Shown here: piece after piece, positions 1 to 8,950 of the stretch | How the letters are laid out: each line of letters starts with the position of its first letter | How positions within the stretch are numbered: the stretch's first letter is position 1 | Source of the DNA: a virus | Virus record (IMG/VR): IMGVR_UViG_3300027759_000003 | Span: 1-64,000 of that record | Length of the DNA stretch: 64,000 nt | Reading direction: 5' to 3' (one strand) | Made by a program: the position numbers and the translations under genes | The notes under the pieces: generated by a model | Told to the model about the DNA's origin: nothing | The model's input: the letters and a program-made list of their open reading frames with translations, nothing else | The model's database searches: none

Positions 1-1
1 A

Positions 2-1081
2 GGATCTTTATATGTTAACGGACAAAAAGTTCTTCAAACTGTCTCAGGTGACGTTATTATTACTGCCGATGCTAATGAAAACTTAGCATTAAGAACAAGC
101 GGAAGTGGTAATCTTGAACTAGATCCAACAGGAAGTGGTGTTGTAAGCATAAAAGGTGCACTTTCTATGGAAGCAGGCTCTAATATATCAAGTGCTGATG
201 GTAATGCAGTTACATTTGGCGGTGCAATTAATACCGACACAATTAGCAGCAAAACAACAAATACAGATTTATCTATAACTGCAAATGGAACAGGAAAAGT
301 TTATCTTAATGATAACGCAGAAGTAAGCGGAAACCTTGTAATCGGTGGAAACTTAACAGTAAGCGGAACAAGCACAACTGTTAACACTGAAACTATTAGT
401 TTGGCTGATAACATTATTGATTTAAACAGCAATTTTACTACTGGAACTCCAACAGAAAATGCAGGTCTAAGAATTATGCGTGGAGATTCTGCAAATGTAC
501 AAATTCGATGGAATGAATCCAGCGATGTGTGGGATTTTACAAATGATGGAACAAACTACTCTACTTTGTTATCAGCATCATCAACAGACACATTTACTAA
601 CAAATCAATTTCTCTTGCTACAAACACAATTACATCAACTCTTGCTCAGTTAAATACTGCAGTTAGTGATGCTGATGTAGCCTCTCTTGCTGGCACAGAA
701 ACTTTAACAAACAAGACAATCTCACTTGGTTCAAACACTGTTACATCAACTCTTGCTCAGTTAAATACTGCAGTTAGTGATGCTGACCTTGCGTCTTTAG
801 CGGGTAGTGAAACACTTACAAACAAAACACTTTCTAGCGCAGTAGCAACAACAGCACTTACTCTTAATGCTACAGCAGAACTTAGATTAGCAGATACAGA
901 CTCAACTCATTATGTTGGATTTAAGTCTCCAGGTACTGTTACTACAAATAAAATTTGGACACTTCCATCAGCAGACGGAACTGCTAATCAAGTTTTGTCA
1001 ACAAATGGATCTGCAACCCTATCATGGTCAACACCATCACAAGGTGCAGCATTTAGCGAATTCATGTTGATTGGTGCATAG
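2..1081 (+). CDS. Tail fibre / virion fibre-like protein (5'-truncated by window edge)
   Basis: Frame is open from position 2 (GSLYVNGQKVLQ...), upstream of the ORF-track Met at 167. Thr/Ser/Gly-rich beta-repeat sequence with ETLTNKT repeats and a C-terminal WTLPSADGTANQVLSTNG module typical of phage fibres. Confidence 0.7.
   Translation, partial: GSLYVNGQKVLQTVSGDVIITADANENLALRTSGSGNLELDPTGSGVVSIKGALSMEAGSNISSADGNAVTFGGAINTDTISSKTTNTDLSITANGTGKVYLNDNAEVSGNLVIGGNLTVSGTSTTVNTETISLADNIIDLNSNFTTGTPTENAGLRIMRGDSANVQIRWNESSDVWDFTNDGTNYSTLLSASSTDTFTNKSISLATNTITSTLAQLNTAVSDADVASLAGTETLTNKTISLGSNTVTSTLAQLNTAVSDADLASLAGSETLTNKTLSSAVATTALTLNATAELRLADTDSTHYVGFKSPGTVTTNKIWTLPSADGTANQVLSTNGSATLSWSTPSQGAAFSEFMLIGA
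630..786 (+). repeat. Intragenic tandem duplication, 111-bp period (37 aa)
   Basis: Identical 46-mer TTACATCAACTCTTGCTCAGTTAAATACTGCAGTTAGTGATGCTGA at 630-675 and 741-786. Confidence 0.95.
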
Positions 1082-1122
1082 TACTTTATAAAATACAAAG
1101 CACTAACTCTTAACTAGAGATT

Positions 1123-1154
1123 AACACGCCCTAAACAAGCGTGTTTTTCTTTTT
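1123..1154 (+). terminator. Intrinsic terminator after fibre gene
   Basis: AACACGC-(9 nt)-GCGTGTT stem followed by a T-tract. Confidence 0.7.
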
Positions 1155-1161
1155 AATTCTA

Positions 1162-1170
1162 TGATATACT
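1162..1170 (+). promoter_or_regulatory. Extended -10 promoter (TGATATACT) for RNR
   Basis: TGn-TATACT just downstream of the terminator and about 60 nt upstream of the ATG. Confidence 0.65.
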
Positions 1171-1229
1171 TAACACTACTTTGGATTTTACAAAGTGCCT
1201 ATAATATTTAATAGAAAGTTGGAACATAA

Positions 1230-3260
1230 ATGTCAGATATCTTTTCTTTTCGTTTGTCAGATGAGTTTGTAAATAAATATACTAACGTACCAGCCCCATT
1301 TGGCTTTTCAGATGCTGGATCAAACTCTTTAGGTGAGATTACTTTTATACGCACTTATTCTCGTATGAAAGAAGACGGTACAAAAGAAAGATGGCATGAG
1401 GTTTGTAAGCGGGTAATTGAAGGAATGTATTCAGTACAAAAGAATCACGCTAAAGACAATCGTCTGCCTTGGAATGATAATAAGGCTCAAAAGTCTGCTC
1501 AAGAAGCATATGAGCGTATGTTTAATTTAAAGTGGACTCCACCAGGTAGAGGTCTTTGGGCATTTGGAACTCCAATGACTATGGAAAAACGTAACTCTGC
1601 TTCGCTTCAAAACTGTGCAATGGTTTCTACTCGTGATATTGATCGTAATGATCCAGGAGCATTATTTGCTTGGGTTATGGATGCACTAATGCTTGGTATA
1701 GGAGTTGGTTTTGATACCGTTGGTCAAGACAAAGAAATGTCTATTTATGCCCCAACAGAACCAGAAAATGTGTGGGATATTCCAGATACTCGTGAGGGCT
1801 GGGTAGATTCTGTAAGAATGCTCTTAAACTCATACCTACGCCCTAATCAGGCTATACAGAAGTTTAACTATGACCTTATCCGTCCTCTAGGTGCCCCTAT
1901 AAAAGGCTTTGGAGGGGTCGCTAGCGGTCCAGCACCACTCATTGCACTACATGACAAGATAGATAGAGTAATTGGCGGTAGATCAGGAGAAAAACTTGAC
2001 TCTCGTGCAATAGTAGACATTGTAAATCTTATTGGTACATGTGTTGTTTCTGGGAATGTTCGTCGTTCTGCTACCTTGGCTTTAGGGTTATCAGGAGATG
2101 ATGATTTTATTAATCTTAAGAATCCAGAGGTTTTTCCAGATCGTAATTCATTTGATCCAGCAAAACCAGGATGGGCATGGATGTCAAACAACTCAATCTC
2201 TGCAGAAGTAGGAACAAAGTATGAAGATTATGTTGATTTAATTTCAAATAATGGAGAGCCAGGATTTATTTGGTTAGATGTTGCTAGAGATTATGGAAGG
2301 TTAGCAGATGCTGCAGACTACAAAGATTCTCGTGTTATGGGATTTAACCCTTGCGCTGAACAGCCATTAGAGAGTTATGAATTATGCACTCTTGTAGAAG
2401 TTCACTTAAATAGACATGATGATAAAGAAGACTTTCTTCGTACATTAAAGTTTGCCTACCTATATGGTAAAACTGTAACGCTTATGCCAACACATTGGCA
2501 AACCACAAATGGAATCATGCAACGTAATCGTCGTATTGGAACATCTCTTACTGGTATTGCATCTTTTGCAGATACTAAAGGTATGCCAACAATGCGTCAA
2601 TGGATGGATGAAGGGTATCAAAAGATTCGTTCATACGATCATACCTATTCAGAATGGTTATGTGTACGTGAGTCAATTCGTGTAACTACCGTCAAACCTT
2701 CAGGATCTGTTTCACTATTATCTGGTGCAACACCAGGAGTTCATTGGGGTCCAGGAGGAGAATTCTATCTTCGTGCTATAAGGTTTGGTAATACAGATCC
2801 AATGATGCATTTATTTAAAGCGGCAGGGTATAAAATTGAAGATGACGTAGTATCAGCAAACACTTCAGTAGTATATTTCCCAGTAGCATCTGGACATCCT
2901 CGTTCTGAAAAAGATGTAAGTCTTTTTGAAAAGATTGGTTTGGCTGCTACTGCTCAAAAGTATTGGTCTGATAATGGAGTATCTGTAACTTTATCATTTG
3001 ACAAGGAATCTGAGACTAAGCATATTGCTCCAGCATTACACATGTATGAAGGTCAATTAAAAGCAGTTTCATTTCTGCCGATGGGTAATAAAACTTATCC
3101 TCAACAACCATATACAAATATTACAAGAGAAGAATATAATTCTTACGTTGGCAAAATTGGTAAAATTGATTGGTCGGCTATCTATGATGGCAAGGATAAT
3201 CTTGACGCAGAGTCTGAAAAGTATTGCTCAACAGACGCTTGCGAAATTAAATTATACTAG
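1230..3260 (+). CDS. nrdJ: Class II adenosylcobalamin-dependent ribonucleotide (triphosphate) reductase, monomeric type
   Basis: PPGRGLW, LQNC, GNVRRSA, catalytic NPCAEQPL..ELCTL, TTVKPSGSVS and C-terminal redox pair CSTDAC. Confidence 0.95.
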   Translation: MSDIFSFRLSDEFVNKYTNVPAPFGFSDAGSNSLGEITFIRTYSRMKEDGTKERWHEVCKRVIEGMYSVQKNHAKDNRLPWNDNKAQKSAQEAYERMFNLKWTPPGRGLWAFGTPMTMEKRNSASLQNCAMVSTRDIDRNDPGALFAWVMDALMLGIGVGFDTVGQDKEMSIYAPTEPENVWDIPDTREGWVDSVRMLLNSYLRPNQAIQKFNYDLIRPLGAPIKGFGGVASGPAPLIALHDKIDRVIGGRSGEKLDSRAIVDIVNLIGTCVVSGNVRRSATLALGLSGDDDFINLKNPEVFPDRNSFDPAKPGWAWMSNNSISAEVGTKYEDYVDLISNNGEPGFIWLDVARDYGRLADAADYKDSRVMGFNPCAEQPLESYELCTLVEVHLNRHDDKEDFLRTLKFAYLYGKTVTLMPTHWQTTNGIMQRNRRIGTSLTGIASFADTKGMPTMRQWMDEGYQKIRSYDHTYSEWLCVRESIRVTTVKPSGSVSLLSGATPGVHWGPGGEFYLRAIRFGNTDPMMHLFKAAGYKIEDDVVSANTSVVYFPVASGHPRSEKDVSLFEKIGLAATAQKYWSDNGVSVTLSFDKESETKHIAPALHMYEGQLKAVSFLPMGNKTYPQQPYTNITREEYNSYVGKIGKIDWSAIYDGKDNLDAESEKYCSTDACEIKLY

Positions 3261-3269
3261 CCTTCATCC

Positions 3270-3278
3270 TGCTATAAT
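3270..3278 (+). promoter_or_regulatory. Extended -10 promoter (TGCTATAAT)
   Basis: Consensus TGn-TATAAT followed by SD AGGAGA and ATG at 3296. Confidence 0.7.
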
Positions 3279-3295
3279 AAGGGGATAGGAGAACT

Positions 3296-6200
3296 ATGGC
3301 CAACCCGTCTAACTTATATGCAGAAAAGATATTTTCTGAGCATCCTCTGGCGCTATGGGCTTTGGATCAAACTGTTGACTATATAAGTTTATTTGATTTA
3401 GATTATCAAGATATTCAAAATTTTTGGACGGTAAGTGGGGCAACCGCCTCTTTAGAAACATCAGATGTAGACGCACCATTTTCTACAGTAGAAGTAAATA
3501 AATTATTAGGAACTGTCCCTGCAGGAGCAACTGCAGATATTGTTTGCATCAGCCCAGAGTTAGTAAACTTTTCAGACTTAAATACAGATCTTGGTACATT
3601 TTGTGTAGGTGCTCACATATACGTTGACAGCGTACACATAAACTCTATATCTATTGGGTTTGAATACACAGACACAACAACAGCAAGTGTAGTTCAAAAA
3701 TTAAAAACTTATGAAAATCTTACAGAAAATTCTTGGGTTTTCGTTTCACAAACTTCAGAAATAGTCAGTGAGAATACAACACTTAGGGTTGTAATAAAAA
3801 TAACTTCTGAAACTGGTGGAGCAACATCTTCTGACTACTTGTACTATATAAATGGAATTAGTGTTGGTCAATGGTCTGAAGAATTTAACTATCAATCACT
3901 TGGGGTTGTCCCAATATCAATGCCAGCAACAATAGCATTAACTTCAGATCAAGTAATTCCTTCACCAGCCTACGGAGTGTCTGGAGAAAATGCCTATCAT
4001 ATAGTTTCAGACAATAGTCTTTTTGCAAAAAATACAAGCATACCTCTTGTTTATGGAGCATCAAATATAACAACTCTTAGAGCAAATCCTAGCGGAGAAC
4101 CATCTTTAATTGTTCCAGGAAAAGGTTTTTTAAATAAAGTTGGTCAATATAAAGACTATACCGTAGAGTTTTGGGCAAGAATAAACTCAGACTCTCCTAC
4201 ATCTAAAAAAATATTTGGTCCAATAGCATCAGAAGATGGGGTTTATGTTGATAACGGGTTTCTAACATTAGTAATAGGTAAAAACTTTTCATCTCATTTT
4301 GTTGGAGAGTGGTTTAGACCAATGCTTATTCAGATTAGATTAATTAGGAATGCTGCAAGTTTAATTTTAAATGGAGAAGAAATTATATCTTTAACAATTG
4401 AAACAGATAATCTTGAACTACCAGAAGAGTATAATCAATCAAATAAAAACCAGGACTGGCTAGGATTTTATGCATATGATGATATTACTCCAATTGATAT
4501 AGATTGTGTTGCTATTTATTCTTATCAGGTTCCTATAAATGTAGCAAAAAGAAGATGGGTTTATGGACAAGGAGTTATTTCTCCAGAGGGTATTAACTCT
4601 TCTTACGGAGGAACATCTGCATTTATTGATTATTCTTTTGCAGATTACACCGCCAACTACAGTTATCCAGATTTTGCTGAATGGCAACAAGGGTCTTTTG
4701 ATAATTTAACAACAACAGCAAAAGTTTTAAGAACTCCTGAATACGAACTTCCAGAAATTTTTTTATCAGATAAAACTTTAACCGAACTGTATGAAGATAA
4801 TAAATCAATTCAAAATAGTGTTTCTGGACCAATTGATGATGAAACCTTTATAACCTTTAGGCCTAATAGTTCTTGGAATACAAAAACTTGCTACCTTAAC
4901 TTTGATAATTTTAATATTCTAAATACTAAGGTCGATTGTTTTTACGGTGTATTTAGTAATCACAACCTTAACTCTAATCAAACTTTATTTAAAATTTATA
5001 ATTCTTTAAACAATAATTATTTTTCAATTCAGCAAAATCAAAATGTAATTACCTATAACCTATACTATAACGGTGTCAATCAAGTAATCTATACATCTGA
5101 AGTTATTGAATCCCATCAACTATTTTCTGCAGGTATTAATATAGAGTTATTAATAGAAACTTTTGGCGGAAATGTCTCTACGTTTTTTGGTAGTCGAAAT
5201 TCACTTAAAGTTTATATAGGTGGAGATGGTTCTTTAAGCAAAACCTTTTTAGGAAAAATGTATTCTGTTGGATTTGCTACAACAAAAAATACAACCCTTA
5301 TATCTGATTATTTTAATTCTGAAGGTATAGCAATTTTTGACGACATGTCTGTTTCTGGTATCACAGAAGAAGAGAATGCTATTGCATTATTCAATCATTT
5401 ATCAAGTTACACTCTACTACCTATAGAAAATTATGATTCTTACTTTTTAGATATAGGCGTCTCTGGATCTTGGCAAGACTATCTCCCGCTTTCTTATTTT
5501 GCTCAGTTTGTAACCAATGACGTTGGCAATCAATTTTATGATTTAGATTTTTTACAGTTTAACGTAGGCGTTCCGTCACCAACATCTTTAATAGAAAATG
5601 AAACTGTTTCAGCCTGGACTTACGCAGATTTATATCAAAATTATTTTCAACCAACTCAACAAACATACTATCAGTTTGACAATCAACTGCTAACTGGATG
5701 GAATAATTACGAAGATGCCAATCAAGAGGCTGTAAAAACTTATGAATATGACACCACAGACTCTGCAGTTAGATGTTATTTAACTTTTCAATATATTGAA
5801 GATGGTGCTAACTTATTAGATAGTGATTTTACCATTACTCAACCAGTTTTACGTGACTCCATTATTGATGTAAATGAATATGAAAATTGGGAAACAACAA
5901 AGTTTGAAGTTGTAAATAATGCAATAGTTTATCCAAGTAAAACTGTAGATTTTAATGATCTAGCAATTGTTTATCATTTAGAATTTAAAGTACGAGGAAT
6001 ATTACATAAACCAATTCTATTAAATAGACTTCAACTTGCTTCTCAAGCATTTAATGATAACTCGTTTAATCCTGTTGGAACAAGATTTGGGGTTGACTTA
6101 TTTCCTTACAAGCGTTCAGGAATCTATTATGACTATAAATCTAAAAATCCTTTTACTATTTATAAAGGCACTACGCCATATCTTTATTTAACAAAAGACT

Positions 6201-6931
6201 CTGGAATTCAAGTTCGTGGAGATATTCTTTCTTTAGAAGATCGTGGTATTTCTTTACCAATAAATCAGGCATTGTCTTCAGATTATCTTGTTAGTGCAGT
6301 ACAACTTTGGCTTAGATATTCAGAAGATGAATTTCCACCAGTTCCAACAGAATTGTTTGAGATTATTTACAAGGAAGATACCTTTAAATTTTACATAGTA
6401 GCAGATAGTGACACTGGATCAAGAGCAAGAGTTTTTGCAAAAAGTCTTTCAACTGGTCAAATAGTTGATGATTTTCAATATTATTGGAATGGTTTAGAAG
6501 TTAGAGAGCCAGTCTTTACTTCTAAAGAGTGGGGAGTCCTTGGAATATTTTTTTCTACCGCACTTAATTTTGATGAATTTTTAGGATCAATTAATATTAA
6601 TGGTCCCGTGCTGTTTAATAATGTGGCATACTATCAAGCAAATAATTTACAACAAATTCAGGGAACAGTTACAAGACCTTGGCTTAGGGTAAAAACAGAG
6701 GATGCCATTAACTTTACATGGTCTTATTGGCAAACAAATAAGACTTGGTATGAAACATTGGTCATAGGGTCATCAAACCTGTATGGAGTAAGTCCAGGAG
6801 ACATCTATCGAGCATACCTAGGCACTAATAAAATAATATTTGATGATGAAAGTGGTTTAAGTGTAGACTCAGACAAAATGCAAATATATCAAGATGTAAC
6901 TTGGTCAACGACTGTCGCTTCAGCCCTATAA
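3296..6931 (+). CDS. Large virion structural protein with LamG/concanavalin-like beta-sandwich domain(s)
   Basis: 1211 aa, aromatic and beta-rich; N-terminal HPLALWALD and YTVEFWARIN are LamG-like motifs; next to the head module. Confidence 0.6.
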   Translation: MANPSNLYAEKIFSEHPLALWALDQTVDYISLFDLDYQDIQNFWTVSGATASLETSDVDAPFSTVEVNKLLGTVPAGATADIVCISPELVNFSDLNTDLGTFCVGAHIYVDSVHINSISIGFEYTDTTTASVVQKLKTYENLTENSWVFVSQTSEIVSENTTLRVVIKITSETGGATSSDYLYYINGISVGQWSEEFNYQSLGVVPISMPATIALTSDQVIPSPAYGVSGENAYHIVSDNSLFAKNTSIPLVYGASNITTLRANPSGEPSLIVPGKGFLNKVGQYKDYTVEFWARINSDSPTSKKIFGPIASEDGVYVDNGFLTLVIGKNFSSHFVGEWFRPMLIQIRLIRNAASLILNGEEIISLTIETDNLELPEEYNQSNKNQDWLGFYAYDDITPIDIDCVAIYSYQVPINVAKRRWVYGQGVISPEGINSSYGGTSAFIDYSFADYTANYSYPDFAEWQQGSFDNLTTTAKVLRTPEYELPEIFLSDKTLTELYEDNKSIQNSVSGPIDDETFITFRPNSSWNTKTCYLNFDNFNILNTKVDCFYGVFSNHNLNSNQTLFKIYNSLNNNYFSIQQNQNVITYNLYYNGVNQVIYTSEVIESHQLFSAGINIELLIETFGGNVSTFFGSRNSLKVYIGGDGSLSKTFLGKMYSVGFATTKNTTLISDYFNSEGIAIFDDMSVSGITEEENAIALFNHLSSYTLLPIENYDSYFLDIGVSGSWQDYLPLSYFAQFVTNDVGNQFYDLDFLQFNVGVPSPTSLIENETVSAWTYADLYQNYFQPTQQTYYQFDNQLLTGWNNYEDANQEAVKTYEYDTTDSAVRCYLTFQYIEDGANLLDSDFTITQPVLRDSIIDVNEYENWETTKFEVVNNAIVYPSKTVDFNDLAIVYHLEFKVRGILHKPILLNRLQLASQAFNDNSFNPVGTRFGVDLFPYKRSGIYYDYKSKNPFTIYKGTTPYLYLTKDSGIQVRGDILSLEDRGISLPINQALSSDYLVSAVQLWLRYSEDEFPPVPTELFEIIYKEDTFKFYIVADSDTGSRARVFAKSLSTGQIVDDFQYYWNGLEVREPVFTSKEWGVLGIFFSTALNFDEFLGSININGPVLFNNVAYYQANNLQQIQGTVTRPWLRVKTEDAINFTWSYWQTNKTWYETLVIGSSNLYGVSPGDIYRAYLGTNKIIFDDESGLSVDSDKMQIYQDVTWSTTVASAL

Positions 6932-6933
6932 TA

Positions 6934-6942
6934 TGCTATACT
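6934..6942 (+). promoter_or_regulatory. Extended -10 promoter (TGCTATACT), leaderless
   Basis: ATG at 6950 lies 7 nt after the hexamer, with no SD. Confidence 0.65.
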
Positions 6943-6949
6943 GATGGTT

Positions 6950-7321
6950 ATGAATAACGATATTCTTAAAAAAGTTGGTAATGTCCGACGCAAAGTAATA
7001 GAAAAAGACTACAATTGGGGTCTTTACGTGTACAAAAAGTCAGATGGTTCATGGTTTACAGATGGCTCTGGCAGCATATTAAACATACCAGCAGAACGTG
7101 GTGATATTACAAAAATTTCAGAATTAAAAAAAGTTGCCATTCATTACGGTGATGACGGTGAAGGAAGTGCAGTATTTGTTCCTGGACTTACAAGAATTAG
7201 CGAGGAAGAGCATTCTGAACAACTAGATAGAATGAAGAATGGCTTAATTCCTTCCATGAATGATCATGGTGCTTGGGTAGCAGCACGACAAACCTATGAT
7301 AAGTATGGTAGCAATGAGTGA
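6950..7321 (+). CDS. Hypothetical protein immediately upstream of portal
   Basis: ORF track 6944..7321; start moved to 6950 to fit the promoter; overlaps the portal start. Confidence 0.75.
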   Translation: MNNDILKKVGNVRRKVIEKDYNWGLYVYKKSDGSWFTDGSGSILNIPAERGDITKISELKKVAIHYGDDGEGSAVFVPGLTRISEEEHSEQLDRMKNGLIPSMNDHGAWVAARQTYDKYGSNE

Positions 7322-8909
7322 AGAATTCGTAAGAGTTGGATTAAACACACAAGAAAAAGATGGCAATCCATTTTCACAACAAGATCCATTTAATAAAACT
7401 TGGGATGCATTAAAAGATTTTACAGGATTAGAACAAAATTTCCGTAGGAAAACCGCAAGGAATGTTACAAAGGCAATGACCTATGCAACAAATGAATATT
7501 TAGATTCTGCTAACTCTACACCATCTGGAGTAGATGCAGGATCAAAGGCTATTAATCCTGGCACGGTATATAGAAATGGTTACGGACTATTTGACGTAAT
7601 TACTCCTCCATATAACATGTATGAGTTAGCCAACTTCTATGACACATCATTTGCTAATCATGCTGCTATTGATGCTAAGGTAGAAAACGTAGTTGGTCTT
7701 GGATATCGTTTTGATATTGCAGATAGAACAATGCTTAGGTTTGAAATGAGTGAAGATCAGGCAGCAGTTGATCGTGCTCGTAACAGAATTGAAAGAATGA
7801 AACTTGAGTTAAAGGATTGGCTAGAAAACCTTAACGATGATGATTCATTTACTAAGACTATGGAAAAATTTTATACAGATGTTCAGGCAACTGGTAATGG
7901 GTTTATTGAAATTGGTAGAACTGTAACTGGTGAAATTGGCTACGTTGGTCATATACCTGCAACCACTGTTCGTGTTCGTCGTTTACATGATGGCTTTGTT
8001 CAGATTATTGGAAACTCAGTAGTTTATTTTAGAAACTTTGGTGCTAAAAATCCAAACCCAATGACTAATGATGCACGTCCAAATGAGATTATTCACTATA
8101 AAGAATACTCTCCATTAAATACATTTTATGGTATTCCAGACATTGTTGCTGCTATGCCATCACTTATTGGTGATCAATTAGCCTCACAATACAACATTGA
8201 CTATTTTGAAAACAAGGCAGTTCCTAGATACATCGTAACCTTAAAGGGTGCAAAATTATCATCTGATGGTGAAGATAAGATGTTTAGATTTTTACAAACA
8301 GGCCTGAAATCTCAATCACATAGAACTCTTTATATCCCACTTCCTGGAGATACCGAAAGTAACAAGGTTGAGTTTAAAATGGAGCCAATTGAGAATGGTA
8401 TACAAGAGGGGTCATTTAAAGAGTATCGCAAGCAAAATCGTGATGATATTCTAATTGCACATCAAGTTCCAATTTCTAAACTTGGTGGGGCAGATTCTGG
8501 AATTGCAGCAGCCTTATCACAGGATCGTACCTTTAAAGAGCAGGTATCTCGTCCAGCACAAAAGCATCTTGAAAAGGTTGTTAATAAGATTGTTCGTGAA
8601 AAGACAGATATTCTTGAACTTAAATTTAACGAACTAACCCTTACAGATGAGATTGCTCAATCTCAAATTATTGAGCGCTATGTAAAAACACAGGTTATGA
8701 CTCCAAACGAGGCTCGTGAAAAGTTAGATCTTCCACAAAGAGCCGATGGAGATGAGCCATTTGTTATGTCTGCAAGACAGGCAACTGACACAAGGGCTAA
8801 TTTGGCAGGGAATCGTCAAAGAGATGCAGAACGAACAAATAACAATTCTGACTCTACTACAACCATCTCTGGTCGTAATGCACAGGGTGAAGGTCGCTCA
8901 TCTCAATAA
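7314..8909 (+). CDS. Portal protein
   Basis: Portal-type motifs DVQATGNGFIEI, EIIHYKEYSPLNTFYGIP, YFENKAVP, MTPNEAREKLDLP; position before protease and capsid. Start taken as MSEEF at 7314. Confidence 0.9.
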   Translation: MSEEFVRVGLNTQEKDGNPFSQQDPFNKTWDALKDFTGLEQNFRRKTARNVTKAMTYATNEYLDSANSTPSGVDAGSKAINPGTVYRNGYGLFDVITPPYNMYELANFYDTSFANHAAIDAKVENVVGLGYRFDIADRTMLRFEMSEDQAAVDRARNRIERMKLELKDWLENLNDDDSFTKTMEKFYTDVQATGNGFIEIGRTVTGEIGYVGHIPATTVRVRRLHDGFVQIIGNSVVYFRNFGAKNPNPMTNDARPNEIIHYKEYSPLNTFYGIPDIVAAMPSLIGDQLASQYNIDYFENKAVPRYIVTLKGAKLSSDGEDKMFRFLQTGLKSQSHRTLYIPLPGDTESNKVEFKMEPIENGIQEGSFKEYRKQNRDDILIAHQVPISKLGGADSGIAAALSQDRTFKEQVSRPAQKHLEKVVNKIVREKTDILELKFNELTLTDEIAQSQIIERYVKTQVMTPNEAREKLDLPQRADGDEPFVMSARQATDTRANLAGNRQRDAERTNNNSDSTTTISGRNAQGEGRSSQ

Positions 8910-8931
8910 TTGAGATAAGTGTAATAATATT

Positions 8932-8940
8932 TGGTATAAT
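8932..8940 (+). promoter_or_regulatory. Extended -10 promoter (TGGTATAAT)
   Basis: Consensus match 10 nt upstream of ATG 8951. Confidence 0.65.
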
Positions 8941-8950
8941 GGATAACGAT

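Noticed and set aside
1082-1229. Possible cobalamin riboswitch or NrdR box upstream of nrdJ
   Set aside because: Region is too short and lacks B12-box or NrdR consensus; only short hairpins and a terminator are visible.
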